DNA of 63,632 nucleotides, the filler included. It is 8 parts of 8 records of this genome, joined end to end, with 100 filler letters (N's around TTAATTAATTAA, not from the genome) between each part and the next. Parts side by side here need not be neighbours in the genome. Positions count along the whole stretch, not along the records: positions 46,918 to 55,395 come from SRR20825006_1424; positions 55,496 to 63,632 come from SRR20825006_1428; 6 more parts are not named here. One strand, 5' to 3'. Both the position numbers and the translations under genes were made by a program. A model generated the notes under the pieces. It did not search any database. It was not told the origin of the DNA and saw only the letters and a program-made list of their open reading frames with translations. Below are positions 51,324-61,398 of this stretch, piece by piece. Numbering within the stretch: the first letter of the stretch is position 1; each line of letters begins with the position of its first letter.

Positions 51324-52234
51324 GCTCGAAGATCCCTGCCTTGCGTGATGCCGCGACCATCATCGTCGTCAGACCCGATGCCACAGATGGCTTCGAGATC
51401 TTCATGGTCAAGCGCCACGCCAGAAGCTCCTTTATGCCCGATGTTCACGTCTATCCTGGCGGCGCGCTCGACCCGCAAGACTGCGTGCCGCGCGCCAGAG
51501 AGGGCGTCGAGGGGTTGACCGCCGATGCGGCGAGAGCGCGCCTCGATGAAGCCATCTCGCCGGAGAAAGCGCTCGGGTTATTTCTGGCCGGGGTTCGCGA
51601 AACCTTCGAGGAGGCGGGTCTCTTGCTCGCCAGAAGACGCGGCGAGCAAAAGTTTATCGACCTCACCAGCGACGAGGACGTCGCCAGCGCTTTTGCTGTC
51701 TATCGAAAGCAACTCCGCAGCGGCGAGATCTCGCTGACCGAGGTCCTGCTCGCCGAGGATCTCGTCGTCCCGCTCGATCGCCTCGGTTACTTCGCGCACT
51801 GGATCACTCCCTATATCGAGAACAAACGCTTCGATACGCGGTTCTTTGTCGTCCGCGCGCCTGAGAATCAGATCCCGCTCCATGACGAGGTCGAGACCTC
51901 TGACAGTGATTGGTTGAGCCCGAAAGCCGCGCTCGATGCCTACCTCGATGGCAAGATCGCGCTCTCTCCTCCGACGCTCTCCACGCTCGTTCGCCTGACT
52001 GGATACGAGAGCGTCGAGGCGCTCGTCACCGCCTGCAAGACGATCTCTCCGCCGACCCTGCTGCCTCACTTTGGCAACGTCGACGGCATCCCCGAGATCT
52101 ACCTCCCAGGCCACGAACTCTATCCTGGCGATGACCCGCGCTACATCCAGTCGACCACCACGCCTGACTGGCTCACGCTGCGCCTCATCGATGGCATCTG
52201 GCATATCCCGGGTCACTTCCCCTCGGATCGATAA
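51320..52234 (+). CDS. NUDIX hydrolase, NUDT19/acyl-CoA diphosphatase-like
   Basis: DAATII, FMPDVHVYPGG, VRETFEEAG, HWITP...RFDTRFF, PPT. Confidence 0.85.
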   Translation: MSSKIPALRDAATIIVVRPDATDGFEIFMVKRHARSSFMPDVHVYPGGALDPQDCVPRAREGVEGLTADAARARLDEAISPEKALGLFLAGVRETFEEAGLLLARRRGEQKFIDLTSDEDVASAFAVYRKQLRSGEISLTEVLLAEDLVVPLDRLGYFAHWITPYIENKRFDTRFFVVRAPENQIPLHDEVETSDSDWLSPKAALDAYLDGKIALSPPTLSTLVRLTGYESVEALVTACKTISPPTLLPHFGNVDGIPEIYLPGHELYPGDDPRYIQSTTTPDWLTLRLIDGIWHIPGHFPSDR

Positions 52235-52235
52235 G

Positions 52236-53447
52236 TCAGATCTCGGACGCGCAGATCCTCACGAAGTCCATCGCGTTTGGCCAGCCATCATGCGCCCATG
52301 AAGGGGATGGGGTTTGCAGATGCCCCGGCGCACAGATCCGATTGACGCCGAGCCTCGCCAACTCTTCGGCCCAGGCGCGCCTGACTGGCCCCGGCGCTCG
52401 CGTCCAGAGCGCTGCCCCCTGGAGTTGATGCCGCGGCACCTTGATCACGTGGCGAAGCTCTTCGATGCTGTTCGTGTGATGCAATGTCACCGTGTGCGCC
52501 GAGACGGTGTCTCCGAGCCACGGGCTGCTGGTCAATTGCACCCAGCCAAGCCCATCTCCCCAACAGTGCCCCAGAAACTCAGCCACGCCTCTGGCCTGCA
52601 CACGCCTGGCGAGCCTGTCCTCTCCCAACGTCGTCGCCCCGAGGTTCTTCTCGCGCTCCTCGATCGCCTCGCCGAGCAGGTGCCCGAAGCGCTCCATTCG
52701 ATCGCGCGTTCCGTTAAAGACAACCGCGCGCGCTGACAAACACCCGAGCTGGTGCCAGAGCACGATGTCCGTGGCCAGCGCCATGGCGATCTCGGCGAGG
52801 TTGCTCTCGCCATCATCGACCACCGCGCCAAAGCTCACGCGGTGACCATACGTCAGGAAGGTTGGCTTGCCGCGGTGGTGGCCATGCCCGATGAAATCGC
52901 GCAGCGCGTCGATCGCCTCGTCAGAGCCGCTCATGATGATCGCGTCCACGTCGCGCCAGGAATCATTGGGCGCGCCGAACTCCAGCGAGAGCAGCGCGCG
53001 ACCCTGGCTCGAGACATGCCACGCCTTGTGAAAGCGGTGCGCGAAGTACACCCCGCGCGAGGATGGGCGAACGATCTGTGCTGCGCCGAGCAACCACCCG
53101 AACAACACCGGCGTCACACCCGCGCCAGGGAGCGAGGGCCACAAGTGCACGATCTGCTCTGGAGCAATGATCCTCGCGCCGATATGCTCGTGGGCGTCGC
53201 GCGTCGAGCTAAAGCGCTCGAGCGCGGCGACACCTCCGTAGCCATGGAGCTCGCGGTCGAGCGCTTCCACCAACCCGTCCACATCCCATGTGCGGCGGTG
53301 AAGCATCAAACCTTCGCGCGCCATTTGCTCGGGCCAACCGTCGGCGACGACCGCGCGCACGGTCTCGTCGAAGTCATCGAAGAGTTCTCCGATGGCTGCT
53401 CTCAGGAACTCGACCCTCTCCCAAAATGGTGGAAACTTGATGGACAT
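52236..53447 (-). CDS. LuxC-like acyl-CoA reductase (ALDH superfamily)
   Basis: IVRPSS, MSGSDEAI, YGHRVSF, HQLGCLS (catalytic Cys), GVNRICAPG.LQ.P...HDG. Confidence 0.75.
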   Translation of the reverse strand: MSIKFPPFWERVEFLRAAIGELFDDFDETVRAVVADGWPEQMAREGLMLHRRTWDVDGLVEALDRELHGYGGVAALERFSSTRDAHEHIGARIIAPEQIVHLWPSLPGAGVTPVLFGWLLGAAQIVRPSSRGVYFAHRFHKAWHVSSQGRALLSLEFGAPNDSWRDVDAIIMSGSDEAIDALRDFIGHGHHRGKPTFLTYGHRVSFGAVVDDGESNLAEIAMALATDIVLWHQLGCLSARAVVFNGTRDRMERFGHLLGEAIEEREKNLGATTLGEDRLARRVQARGVAEFLGHCWGDGLGWVQLTSSPWLGDTVSAHTVTLHHTNSIEELRHVIKVPRHQLQGAALWTRAPGPVRRAWAEELARLGVNRICAPGHLQTPSPSWAHDGWPNAMDFVRICASEI

Positions 53448-53532
53448 CTCCTCCGCCTCGACAACGCTGGCTCGAAATCGCTCTCTCTCGAGGCATCATC
53501 ACGCCAGAGGCGCGGCTGCGCAAGCGCGGCGA

Positions 53533-55332
53533 GTGATTGTTCTCGGCTTGCTGCTGGCGCTGGCAGCGCCTGGCGTTTCCTTCGCTCAGGAGGTGGACGC
53601 CGAGGAGGCGCGCGAAGCCGAGATGTTCGGCTCCGAAGAGCCCACGGCAAAGCCCGAGGACGCGACGGATAAAGACGAGGATCCGAGCGACGAGGAAGAG
53701 CAGGAGGGCGAGGACGAAGACACAGACCCCGAGGCCGCGCGCGAGGCCGAGATGTTTGGTGGCTCCGAGGACGATGACGACGAAACCATGTTGGAGACCA
53801 TCGGGGGAGGGGCTGACGACGAAGGGCTGTTGGAGACTCTCGAGGGGGGAGGTGGCGAGGAGTCTCGAGAGGACGCCATGTTTGGCGGTGACGATGAGAG
53901 CAGCGAGACAGAGACCTTCACCTCATCGCGAGATCGCATCCTCGAAAAGATCGAGGACGCCGAGGACGAGCTCGCCATCGGCGGCCTGCTGTTCATGCAG
54001 CTCAACTACAACATCCCCGAAGGATACAATTTCGAGGATCAGCGCTTCTCCGCACCGAATCTGGTCGATCTCTACTTTGACGCCAGGCCAAATCCGCGCA
54101 TTCGCGCCTACCTCAGAGGTCGACTGACCTACGATTACACGCGCCCCAGGCAGTCCGCCAATGGCGGTACGCCCTCGCTGTTTCCATCTTCTGATACGGA
54201 AGAGGAGACCTCGACGGAGACGCAGCTCCCATTGGGATTTAGCACCGGAACACTCGGCGCATCGGGTGGGCAAAACCTCCAGGTTCAGCTCGATCAGCTC
54301 TGGCTCAAGTTCGACGTCGCGCGCACCGTCTACGTCACGCTCGGGCGCCAGCGCATCCGCTGGGGGGCAGGGCGCTTCTGGAACCCCACTGATTTCTTGA
54401 ACGCGACCCAGATCAACCCGATCGCGATCTTTGATCAAAGGCTCGGCGTGGATTTGGTCAAGCTGCACATCCCGATCGAGACGCTCGGGTGGAACTTCTA
54501 CGCGGTCGGCGCGCTGGGAGAGGCGGACACGCTCGATGATGTGGGAGGCGCACTGCGCGCAGAGATTTTGTTCTCCAACGCCGAGCTCTCGCTCTCGTTC
54601 GCCACGAGGCGCCAGACCGTCCAGGGACCACAGCCGATCCCATCACCCGTGGGGGATGATAACCTCTACGAGCCCACGCTCGAGTGGCCACAGACCGGCA
54701 CTCCGATGAGGCTTGGCGCGGACCTCTCCGCAGGGCTCGGCCCCTTCGATGTGCGGCTCGAAGGCGCGCTGGTTCGCGGCCTGATCCAGCCCTTTTACCG
54801 AGGGGAGCTGAACCTCGATCTGGCAAACCTCGCCTTCCCCGAGGATTACTCGCGCGGCGATGAGTGGGTCCCGCAGCTCGTCGCCAGCGCGGACATCATC
54901 CTGAACTATGGGAGCGGTGATTCGCTGATCCTTGGCGCCGAGTACTTCTACAACGGGCAGGGCTACGGCGCCGACCAACTCGAGGACCCGAACTTCCTGC
55001 TCTGGCTCGCGCTCCAGGGCGGGCTGCGGCCATTGTATCTGGGGCGACACTACGGCGCGCTCGCCATCGTGTTGCCGTCACCGGGGAGCCTCGATGATAG
55101 CTCGTTCACGTTTAGCACCATCGGCAACCTCTCGGATGGGAGCTTCCTCTCGAGGCTCGATTACAGCTATCGGTTGCTCCAGGATCTGAACATCAACGCG
55201 TTCGCGATGTATCAGTTCGGCGCCCCCGGTGAGCTCAATTACAGCAACACCATCGAGGTTCCGGGGCAGGACCCGTTGGTGATTCCAGGGCCGGAGTTCA
55301 CGCTGGGCGCGGCGTTTCGCATGAACTTCTGA
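53533..55332 (+). CDS. predicted outer-membrane beta-barrel protein with acidic repetitive N-terminus; start uncertain
   Basis: Signal peptide ending VSFA|Q, TLGRQRIRWGAGRFWNPTDFL, AEYFYNG.GY, terminal AFRMNF. Confidence 0.75.
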   Translation: MIVLGLLLALAAPGVSFAQEVDAEEAREAEMFGSEEPTAKPEDATDKDEDPSDEEEQEGEDEDTDPEAAREAEMFGGSEDDDDETMLETIGGGADDEGLLETLEGGGGEESREDAMFGGDDESSETETFTSSRDRILEKIEDAEDELAIGGLLFMQLNYNIPEGYNFEDQRFSAPNLVDLYFDARPNPRIRAYLRGRLTYDYTRPRQSANGGTPSLFPSSDTEEETSTETQLPLGFSTGTLGASGGQNLQVQLDQLWLKFDVARTVYVTLGRQRIRWGAGRFWNPTDFLNATQINPIAIFDQRLGVDLVKLHIPIETLGWNFYAVGALGEADTLDDVGGALRAEILFSNAELSLSFATRRQTVQGPQPIPSPVGDDNLYEPTLEWPQTGTPMRLGADLSAGLGPFDVRLEGALVRGLIQPFYRGELNLDLANLAFPEDYSRGDEWVPQLVASADIILNYGSGDSLILGAEYFYNGQGYGADQLEDPNFLLWLALQGGLRPLYLGRHYGALAIVLPSPGSLDDSSFTFSTIGNLSDGSFLSRLDYSYRLLQDLNINAFAMYQFGAPGELNYSNTIEVPGQDPLVIPGPEFTLGAAFRMNF

Positions 55333-55395
55333 GCGCGAACCACCAGCCTCTGGCACGCGACCGATGCCGCGGAAACATTGCCCGACCTGGGTGTC

Positions 55396-55495
55396 NNNNN
55401 NNNNNNNNNNNNNNNNNNNNNNNNNNNNNNNNNNNNNNNTTAATTAATTAANNNNNNNNNNNNNNNNNNNNNNNNNNNNNNNNNNNNNNNNNNNN
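55396..55495. other. artificial contig spacer
   Basis: N44-TTAATTAATTAA-N44. Confidence 0.99.
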
Positions 55496-56107
55496 GCCCA
55501 GATCGCCCATCGGCATGACCTCGATAAAGGTCAGGTCCATATCCTCGCGGGCGCACCAGTCGGTGAGGCTGAACAACTCGTCTTCGTTAAAGCCCTTGAG
55601 CGCCACGGTGTTGATCTTGACTCTGAGCCCTGCCTTGCGTGCGGCGTCGATGCCGGAAAGCACTTTATCGAGCTTGCCCCAGCGCGTCACACGTTCAAAT
55701 TTCGCCGCATCCAATGTGTCGAGCGAGACGTTGATGCGCCGCACCCCCGCGGCATAAAGGTCGGTGGCGAAACGGTCGAGCTGTGAGCCATTGGTGGTGA
55801 CGGTCAGTTCCTTCAATGCGCCGCTGTCCAAATGCCGCGACATCGCGTCGAAAAACGTCATGATCCCGCGCCGCACCAAAGGTTCGCCGCCGGTGATCCG
55901 TAGTTTTTCGACCCCCAAGCCGATGAAGGTCGAACACATCCGGTCCAATTCTTCAAGCGTGAGCAATTCTTTTTTCGGCAGAAACGTCATGTTTTCCGAC
56001 ATGCAATAGACACAGCGGAAATCGCACCGATCCGTCACCGACACCCGCAGATAGGTGATCGCGCGGGCAAATGGGTCGATGAGGCGTGGGGCGAGGGTGT
56101 TGGACAT
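55496..56107 (-). CDS. moaA: GTP 3',8-cyclase MoaA (3' truncated)
   Basis: [43 protein letters not shown]. Confidence 0.96.
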
Positions 56108-56148
56108 GTCAGACTATTTAGGGCGCGCGCCGGGTTCTGCCAAGGGCA

Positions 56149-56793
56149 TTAGCTGTCGCTCGCGCGGCTTTGAACCACACGCCGCACCATCTTCGCCCGT
56201 TTGACATCGTGTTTGCCAAGGCTTTTCAGCCATGTTTCGGCGGTGCGCGATACATCTTTGTCGGCATCTTGCAGCGCATAGGTCAGCCAAAACAGCACGT
56301 CATCAATGGCCAGTTTCTCGGCATCCGTCGGGTGGGCCAGTTTCGCCAAGGGCATGGACAACATCAAAGCGGCGCGGCGATCCAGGCCACGCTCGGATTG
56401 GACCAAGGCATGCACCTTGTCCATTTTGGACAGATCCACCGCGATGCGACGGCCGCCAGCGGCAGACAGCGCGTCTATGATCGGCCATGTCGCAGCTTGC
56501 TCTAACCAGTCGCAAATCTGCGCCCAAATCTCAGCATCGTCTTTGATCCGGGCCTGTGTCAAAAGCTTGGCCGCCATCAGTTGCGCATCAAACACGCCCG
56601 TGGCCCAAAGCGCGCGCGCGAGGTCAAGCCGTTCGGGAAAGGCCACCATTTGACGCCAATCGCGCGCCATCTCTTCGAGGGCGGCGGGGGCCACGCCAAG
56701 GTAATCCCCATCCCCAAATCGCGTGGCCAAATCGGCGGCGCGGGTGGGGTCCGCGGCGGCGTTCAGCGCGCTGATCGCGTCCTGTGGCGTCAT
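56149..56793 (-). CDS. DNA alkylation repair (AlkD-like HEAT-repeat) protein
   Basis: YLGV, LARALW...FDA..AAKLL, W..ID, WL.SLGKHD. Confidence 0.75.
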   Translation of the reverse strand: MTPQDAISALNAAADPTRAADLATRFGDGDYLGVAPAALEEMARDWRQMVAFPERLDLARALWATGVFDAQLMAAKLLTQARIKDDAEIWAQICDWLEQAATWPIIDALSAAGGRRIAVDLSKMDKVHALVQSERGLDRRAALMLSMPLAKLAHPTDAEKLAIDDVLFWLTYALQDADKDVSRTAETWLKSLGKHDVKRAKMVRRVVQSRASDS

Positions 56794-57353
56794 TGATCTT
56801 CTCCCAAATTGAGGCGCAGAATGTCGGTGTCAAACCCGTCAAGCGTCTGCATGTTTTTGCGACGCCAATAGTCATGAATATAGTCTTCGCCCCGCGTCTG
56901 TCCCCATTGGCTCAGCACCGGACGGTCTTTGTCAAATGTCATATAGGGCACGGCAAAACCACAGGAGCTTTGCACCAAATCGACCGTCATGTCATAGAAC
57001 TGCCGCGTGTGTGGTTCCACCGTAAAGAGTGCGGCCATTTCGTCCCAATCGGGGTCGGTCATATGCACGGAGCGGGCGGTGCCATAGGCGCGCAGGATCA
57101 GCGGCTTTTTGTCAAACGAACACCACATGAGCGTCATCCGGTTCGCGCGCGGCAGATGCCCCGCGGTCTCATTGCCAGACCCTGTGTAATTCATCCAAAC
57201 GATCCGGTTTGGTCCCATAACGCGCAGGCTGTCCATGCCCTTGGGAGAGACATTAACCCGGCCCTCAGGCGCCGCTGTGCCGACGAAATACATGTGTTGC
57301 GCTTCGATAAAGGCGCGGTGCTCGTCACTGATGTTGGGAAACTGATCCGACAT
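56790..57353 (-). CDS. pyridoxamine 5'-phosphate oxidase family FMN-binding protein
   Basis: FVGTA...VNVSPKG, TGSGNET.GH, LILRAYG, QSSCGFAVP. Confidence 0.88.
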   Translation of the reverse strand: MSDQFPNISDEHRAFIEAQHMYFVGTAAPEGRVNVSPKGMDSLRVMGPNRIVWMNYTGSGNETAGHLPRANRMTLMWCSFDKKPLILRAYGTARSVHMTDPDWDEMAALFTVEPHTRQFYDMTVDLVQSSCGFAVPYMTFDKDRPVLSQWGQTRGEDYIHDYWRRKNMQTLDGFDTDILRLNLGEDQ

Positions 57354-57360
57354 TTTGCGG

Positions 57361-59184
57361 TTACTCCACGGTCACAGATTTCGCCAAATTGCGCGGCTGA
57401 TCCACATCCGTGCCCTTGGCCACCGCCGTGTGATAGGCGATCAATTGCGCCGGGATGGCATAGAGGATCGGGGCAAAAAGGTCCGGCACTTCGGGCATTT
57501 GAACAGTTTGCCAGACGCCCTCGCGGGCCACTTCAAGCCCCTTTTTATCCGAGACCAACAACACTTTGCCACCGCGCGCCATGACCTCTTGCATGTTCGA
57601 CACGGTCTTGTCGAACAAGGCGTCATGTGGGGCAAAAACGATCACCGGGGTGTGGCTGTCGATGAGCGCGATGGGGCCGTGTTTCAATTCGCCGGACGCA
57701 TAACCTTCGGCGTGAATGTAGCTGATTTCTTTGAGTTTTAATGCGCCCTCCAGAGCCAGAGGGAACATCATCCCGCGCCCCAGGAACAACACGTCTTTTG
57801 CCTCGGACAGTTCGTTTGACACCGCGTTCAGCGTTTCATCAAGGTCAAGTGCACGGGTCAAAAGCCCCGGCAATGTGCGTAGTTCTGACAGGCGCGTAGC
57901 CAGCGTGTCCGCACTCATTTCGCCACGTGCGCACGCCGCCTCAAGCGCCAAAAGTGCGAGGACCGTCAACTGGCACGAAAACGCTTTGGTCGAGGCCACG
58001 CCGACCTCGACACCGGCCAGGATCGGCAGCGCCATATCGCTTTCGCGCGCAATCGAACTTTCTGCCACGTTGACCACCGACAGGATGGTTTTGGCCTTGC
58101 CCTTCATATAGCGCAGAGCCGCCAAAGTGTCAGCGGTCTCACCTGATTGGCTGACGAAAATTGCCAAAGTGTTGGCGGAGACGGGCGGTTCGCGATAGCG
58201 GAACTCGGACGCCACGTCGATCTCGACGGGAATACGGGCCACCTGTTCGAACCAATATTTCGCTGTGTAACAGGCATAAAACGCCGTACCACAGGCGACC
58301 ATGGTGATGCGATCAAAAGCGGAGAAATCAATGCCCGGATCGGGGAGGATGATCCCCGCACCGTCATTGGCCAGATAATAGGCCAGCGCCTCGGAAATCA
58401 CCGTCGGTTGTTCGGCAATTTCCTTGGCCATGAAATGTTTGTGCCCGGCTTTTTCGATCCGGGCGGAATCCATGCGGATTTCGCGACGCTCGCGCTGGAC
58501 CTGTGCGCCGGTTTCGTCGAAAATCTCGACGCTCACGCGACTGAGCACGGCCCGGTCGCCATCTGCGAGATAGGTGATCTGATGGGTCATGGGGGCAAGC
58601 GCGATGGCGTCTGAGCCAACGAACATCTCGCCGTCACCGTAACCGATGGCCAGCGGCGCGCCTTTGCGGGCCGCGATCAAAAGATCCTCCTCGCCGTCGA
58701 ACATGAAACAGAGCGCAAAGGCGCCTTCAAGCCGGTCCACCGTCGCCATGGCGGCTTCCACCGGCGTTTTGCCCGCATCCATGAAGCTATGACACAAAAG
58801 CGCAACCGGCTCGGTGTCGGTGTCGGTGTTGTGGGGATAGCCCTTTTCGGCCAGCTCTGCGCGCAATTCGCGGAAATTCTCGATGATGCCATTGTGGACC
58901 ACGCTGACAGGCCCGGATTTATGCGGGTGGGCGTTGGTCACGGAGGGGGCGCCATGGGTGGCCCAGCGGGTTTGGCCTACGCCGGTTTTCCCCGCCAGAG
59001 GTTCATGCACCAACAAATCCGACAGGTTCGCCAACTTGCCGACGGCGCGGCGACGCTCGATCTTGCCTTCGTGAACCGTGGCGATCCCGGCGCTATCATA
59101 GCCGCGATATTCCAACCGTTTAAGCGCCTCGACAAGGATCGGGGCGGCTTCATGATTTCCCAAGATACCGACAATACCACACAT
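57361..59184 (-). CDS. glmS: glutamine-fructose-6-phosphate aminotransferase
   Basis: MCGIVG, LEYRGYDSAG, SQSGETADT, ELKHGP, PRNLAKSVTVE. Confidence 0.97.
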   Translation of the reverse strand: MCGIVGILGNHEAAPILVEALKRLEYRGYDSAGIATVHEGKIERRRAVGKLANLSDLLVHEPLAGKTGVGQTRWATHGAPSVTNAHPHKSGPVSVVHNGIIENFRELRAELAEKGYPHNTDTDTEPVALLCHSFMDAGKTPVEAAMATVDRLEGAFALCFMFDGEEDLLIAARKGAPLAIGYGDGEMFVGSDAIALAPMTHQITYLADGDRAVLSRVSVEIFDETGAQVQRERREIRMDSARIEKAGHKHFMAKEIAEQPTVISEALAYYLANDGAGIILPDPGIDFSAFDRITMVACGTAFYACYTAKYWFEQVARIPVEIDVASEFRYREPPVSANTLAIFVSQSGETADTLAALRYMKGKAKTILSVVNVAESSIARESDMALPILAGVEVGVASTKAFSCQLTVLALLALEAACARGEMSADTLATRLSELRTLPGLLTRALDLDETLNAVSNELSEAKDVLFLGRGMMFPLALEGALKLKEISYIHAEGYASGELKHGPIALIDSHTPVIVFAPHDALFDKTVSNMQEVMARGGKVLLVSDKKGLEVAREGVWQTVQMPEVPDLFAPILYAIPAQLIAYHTAVAKGTDVDQPRNLAKSVTVE

Positions 59185-59185
59185 T

Positions 59186-60538
59186 TTACTGCCCTTTTTG
59201 CTTTTTAGCTTTGAGAGACTTTAACTTTTCGAACATTCGCACCGCCAACATAGGTTTGTTCACTTGCTTGGCGCGTCCAATTGCCAAGGCGCCGTTTGGC
59301 ACGTCAGAGGTGATCACAGATCCGCTCGCGGTCATCGCCTCATGGCCCACGGTGACCGGGGCGACCAGCATTGTGTTGGAGCCGATAAAGGCATCGCGTC
59401 CCACCGTGGTGCGGTGTTTGAAGACGCCGTCATAGTTACATGTGATCGTGCCCGCGCCGATATTGGTGCCATCGCCGATGTCGGCGTCGCCGATATAGCT
59501 GAGGTGATTGACCTTGGTGCCTTCGCCGATCTGAGCGTTTTTGACCTCGACGAAATTGCCGATATGGGCGTTGTTCGCCAGTTCCGCGCCGGGGCGCAGC
59601 CGTGCAAAGGGACCGACGGTCGATCCCATCGACACATGACAGCCTTCAAGGTGGCTGAACGCCCGGATGCGTGCGGTGCTTTCCACCGTCACACCGGGGC
59701 CAAAGATCACATTCGGTTCAATCACCGCATCCCGGCCCAGATAGGTGTCGAGCGAGAAAAACACCGTCTCAGGGGCCATCAACGTGACACCATTCTCCAT
59801 CGCCTCGGCGCGTTTGGCGGCTTGGAAAATGCCATCGGCGCGGGCCAGTTCCGCGCGGGTGTTGACGCCTAAGGTTTCGGTTTCGGCGCAAGAGACCGCC
59901 GTCGCTGTCCATCCCGATTTCCAAGCGATTTCAATAATGTCGGGCAGGTAATATTCCCCCGCCGCATTGTCATTTCCGACTTGGTCCAACAGGTCAAACA
60001 ATACGTTAGCGTCTGCGGCGACCAGCCCGGAGTTACACAGGGTGATCGCGCGTTCGGCTTCCGTGGCGTCTTTATATTCTACAATGCGGGTCAGTTTGTC
60101 ACCGACCATCACCAAGCGTCCGTAGCGGCCCGGATCAGCGGCCTCAAAGCCCAGCACCACCACGTCATGGGTCCGGCGAGCTTCGGCCATGCGCAAGATC
60201 GTATCTTCAGACACAAAAGGCGTGTCGCCATAGAGGATGAAGACGTCGCCCTCGAACCCATCCAAAGCCTCCTTTGCCTGCAACACCGCATGGGCGGTCC
60301 CCAGTTGTTCGTCTTGGCGGGCGATGAGGATGTCCTCGTCAATCTTATGCGCTTCGCGCGCCACAAGATCGCCGCCGTGCCCAACCACGACCACCGTGCG
60401 GGCAGGGTCCAATGCGGCACCGGAGGCCAGCGCATGGGCAAACATCGGCGCGTTGCCGATGGGGTGCAACACCTTGGGGAGGTCGGAGTTCATCCGCGTG
60501 CCTTGGCCTGCGGCCAAAAGAATGAGGGCTGTGGCCAT
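59186..60538 (-). CDS. glmU: bifunctional UDP-GlcNAc pyrophosphorylase/acetyltransferase
   Basis: LAAGQGTRM.S..PKVLH, QLGTAHAV, GPFARLRPG, NHLSYIGD, CNYDG. Confidence 0.97.
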   Translation of the reverse strand: MATALILLAAGQGTRMNSDLPKVLHPIGNAPMFAHALASGAALDPARTVVVVGHGGDLVAREAHKIDEDILIARQDEQLGTAHAVLQAKEALDGFEGDVFILYGDTPFVSEDTILRMAEARRTHDVVVLGFEAADPGRYGRLVMVGDKLTRIVEYKDATEAERAITLCNSGLVAADANVLFDLLDQVGNDNAAGEYYLPDIIEIAWKSGWTATAVSCAETETLGVNTRAELARADGIFQAAKRAEAMENGVTLMAPETVFFSLDTYLGRDAVIEPNVIFGPGVTVESTARIRAFSHLEGCHVSMGSTVGPFARLRPGAELANNAHIGNFVEVKNAQIGEGTKVNHLSYIGDADIGDGTNIGAGTITCNYDGVFKHRTTVGRDAFIGSNTMLVAPVTVGHEAMTASGSVITSDVPNGALAIGRAKQVNKPMLAVRMFEKLKSLKAKKQKGQ

Positions 60539-60732
60539 GTGATTTGGGTCCCGATCTGCTCTTTTCTTTATCTGTCTGTCGTTTTACCCATGGGAGAGAG
60601 GGCCGCAAGGCCAGTTGCGGTGAAACCGCTTCACTTATTTTGACGCCACATTACAGCAATGCGCGACAGTTTGCCAAAGCTGGGTGACCGGGTCGGAGTT
60701 GCGACAGCGAAGAAGAGGCATAGGGAGAGACC

Positions 60733-61398
60733 ATGCGCACGGTGATTTTCGATCTCGATGGCACGTTGGCGGACACTTCCGCCGATCTGATCGCCTCCGC
60801 CAATGCCTGTTTTCGTGGGCTTGGCTATGGTGATGTGTTGGACCCGGTCGCGGACGCGTCCACCGCCTTTCATGGCGGGCGGGCGATGTTGACGCTTGGG
60901 TTTTCAAAGGTGCAGCCGGGGTTTTCCGAGGCCGACGTGATGGCGCAATATCCGCTTTTGCTGGCAGCATATGGCGAGGCGATTGATATCCACACACAGC
61001 TTTATCCCGGCGCGGTTGCCGCGATTGAGGGTTTGAAATCAAAGGGCTATGCGGTGGGCATCTGCACCAACAAACCCGAAGATCTGGCGGATCGTTTGCT
61101 CACCCGTTTGGGCGTGCGCGATTTGTTTGCCTCGATGATTGGTGCCAAAACCGTGGGTGTCTCGAAGCCTGATCCCAAACCGTATCTGGCCGCTGTGTCA
61201 GAGGCGGGCGGGGTGGTGGCGCAGAGCTTTTTGGTGGGGGACACCGACACGGACCGCAAAACGGCGCGGGCGGCGGGCGTACCTTGTGCGTTGGTGACCT
61301 TTGGCCCGGATGGCGAGGGCGTGCGTGATTTGTCCCCCGAGGCGCTGTTGCATCATTATGATGATCTGGCCCGCGTGACACAGGAGTTGATCGGATGA
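60733..61398 (+). CDS. HAD family phosphatase (phosphoglycolate phosphatase-like)
   Basis: FDLDGTLAD, CTNK, KPDP, VGDTDTD. Confidence 0.9.
   Translation: MRTVIFDLDGTLADTSADLIASANACFRGLGYGDVLDPVADASTAFHGGRAMLTLGFSKVQPGFSEADVMAQYPLLLAAYGEAIDIHTQLYPGAVAAIEGLKSKGYAVGICTNKPEDLADRLLTRLGVRDLFASMIGAKTVGVSKPDPKPYLAAVSEAGGVVAQSFLVGDTDTDRKTARAAGVPCALVTFGPDGEGVRDLSPEALLHHYDDLARVTQELIG

Noticed and set aside
52236-53447. Bioluminescence locus
   Set aside because: No luxA, luxB, luxD or luxE in the contig
46923-55379. Segment 7 as a transposon bounded by terminal inverted repeats
   Set aside because: No transposase or integrase; cargo looks chromosomal; flanks unavailable to check for target duplication
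59185-60732. glmS ribozyme
   Set aside because: glmU and glmS are 1 bp apart; no leader or recognisable core
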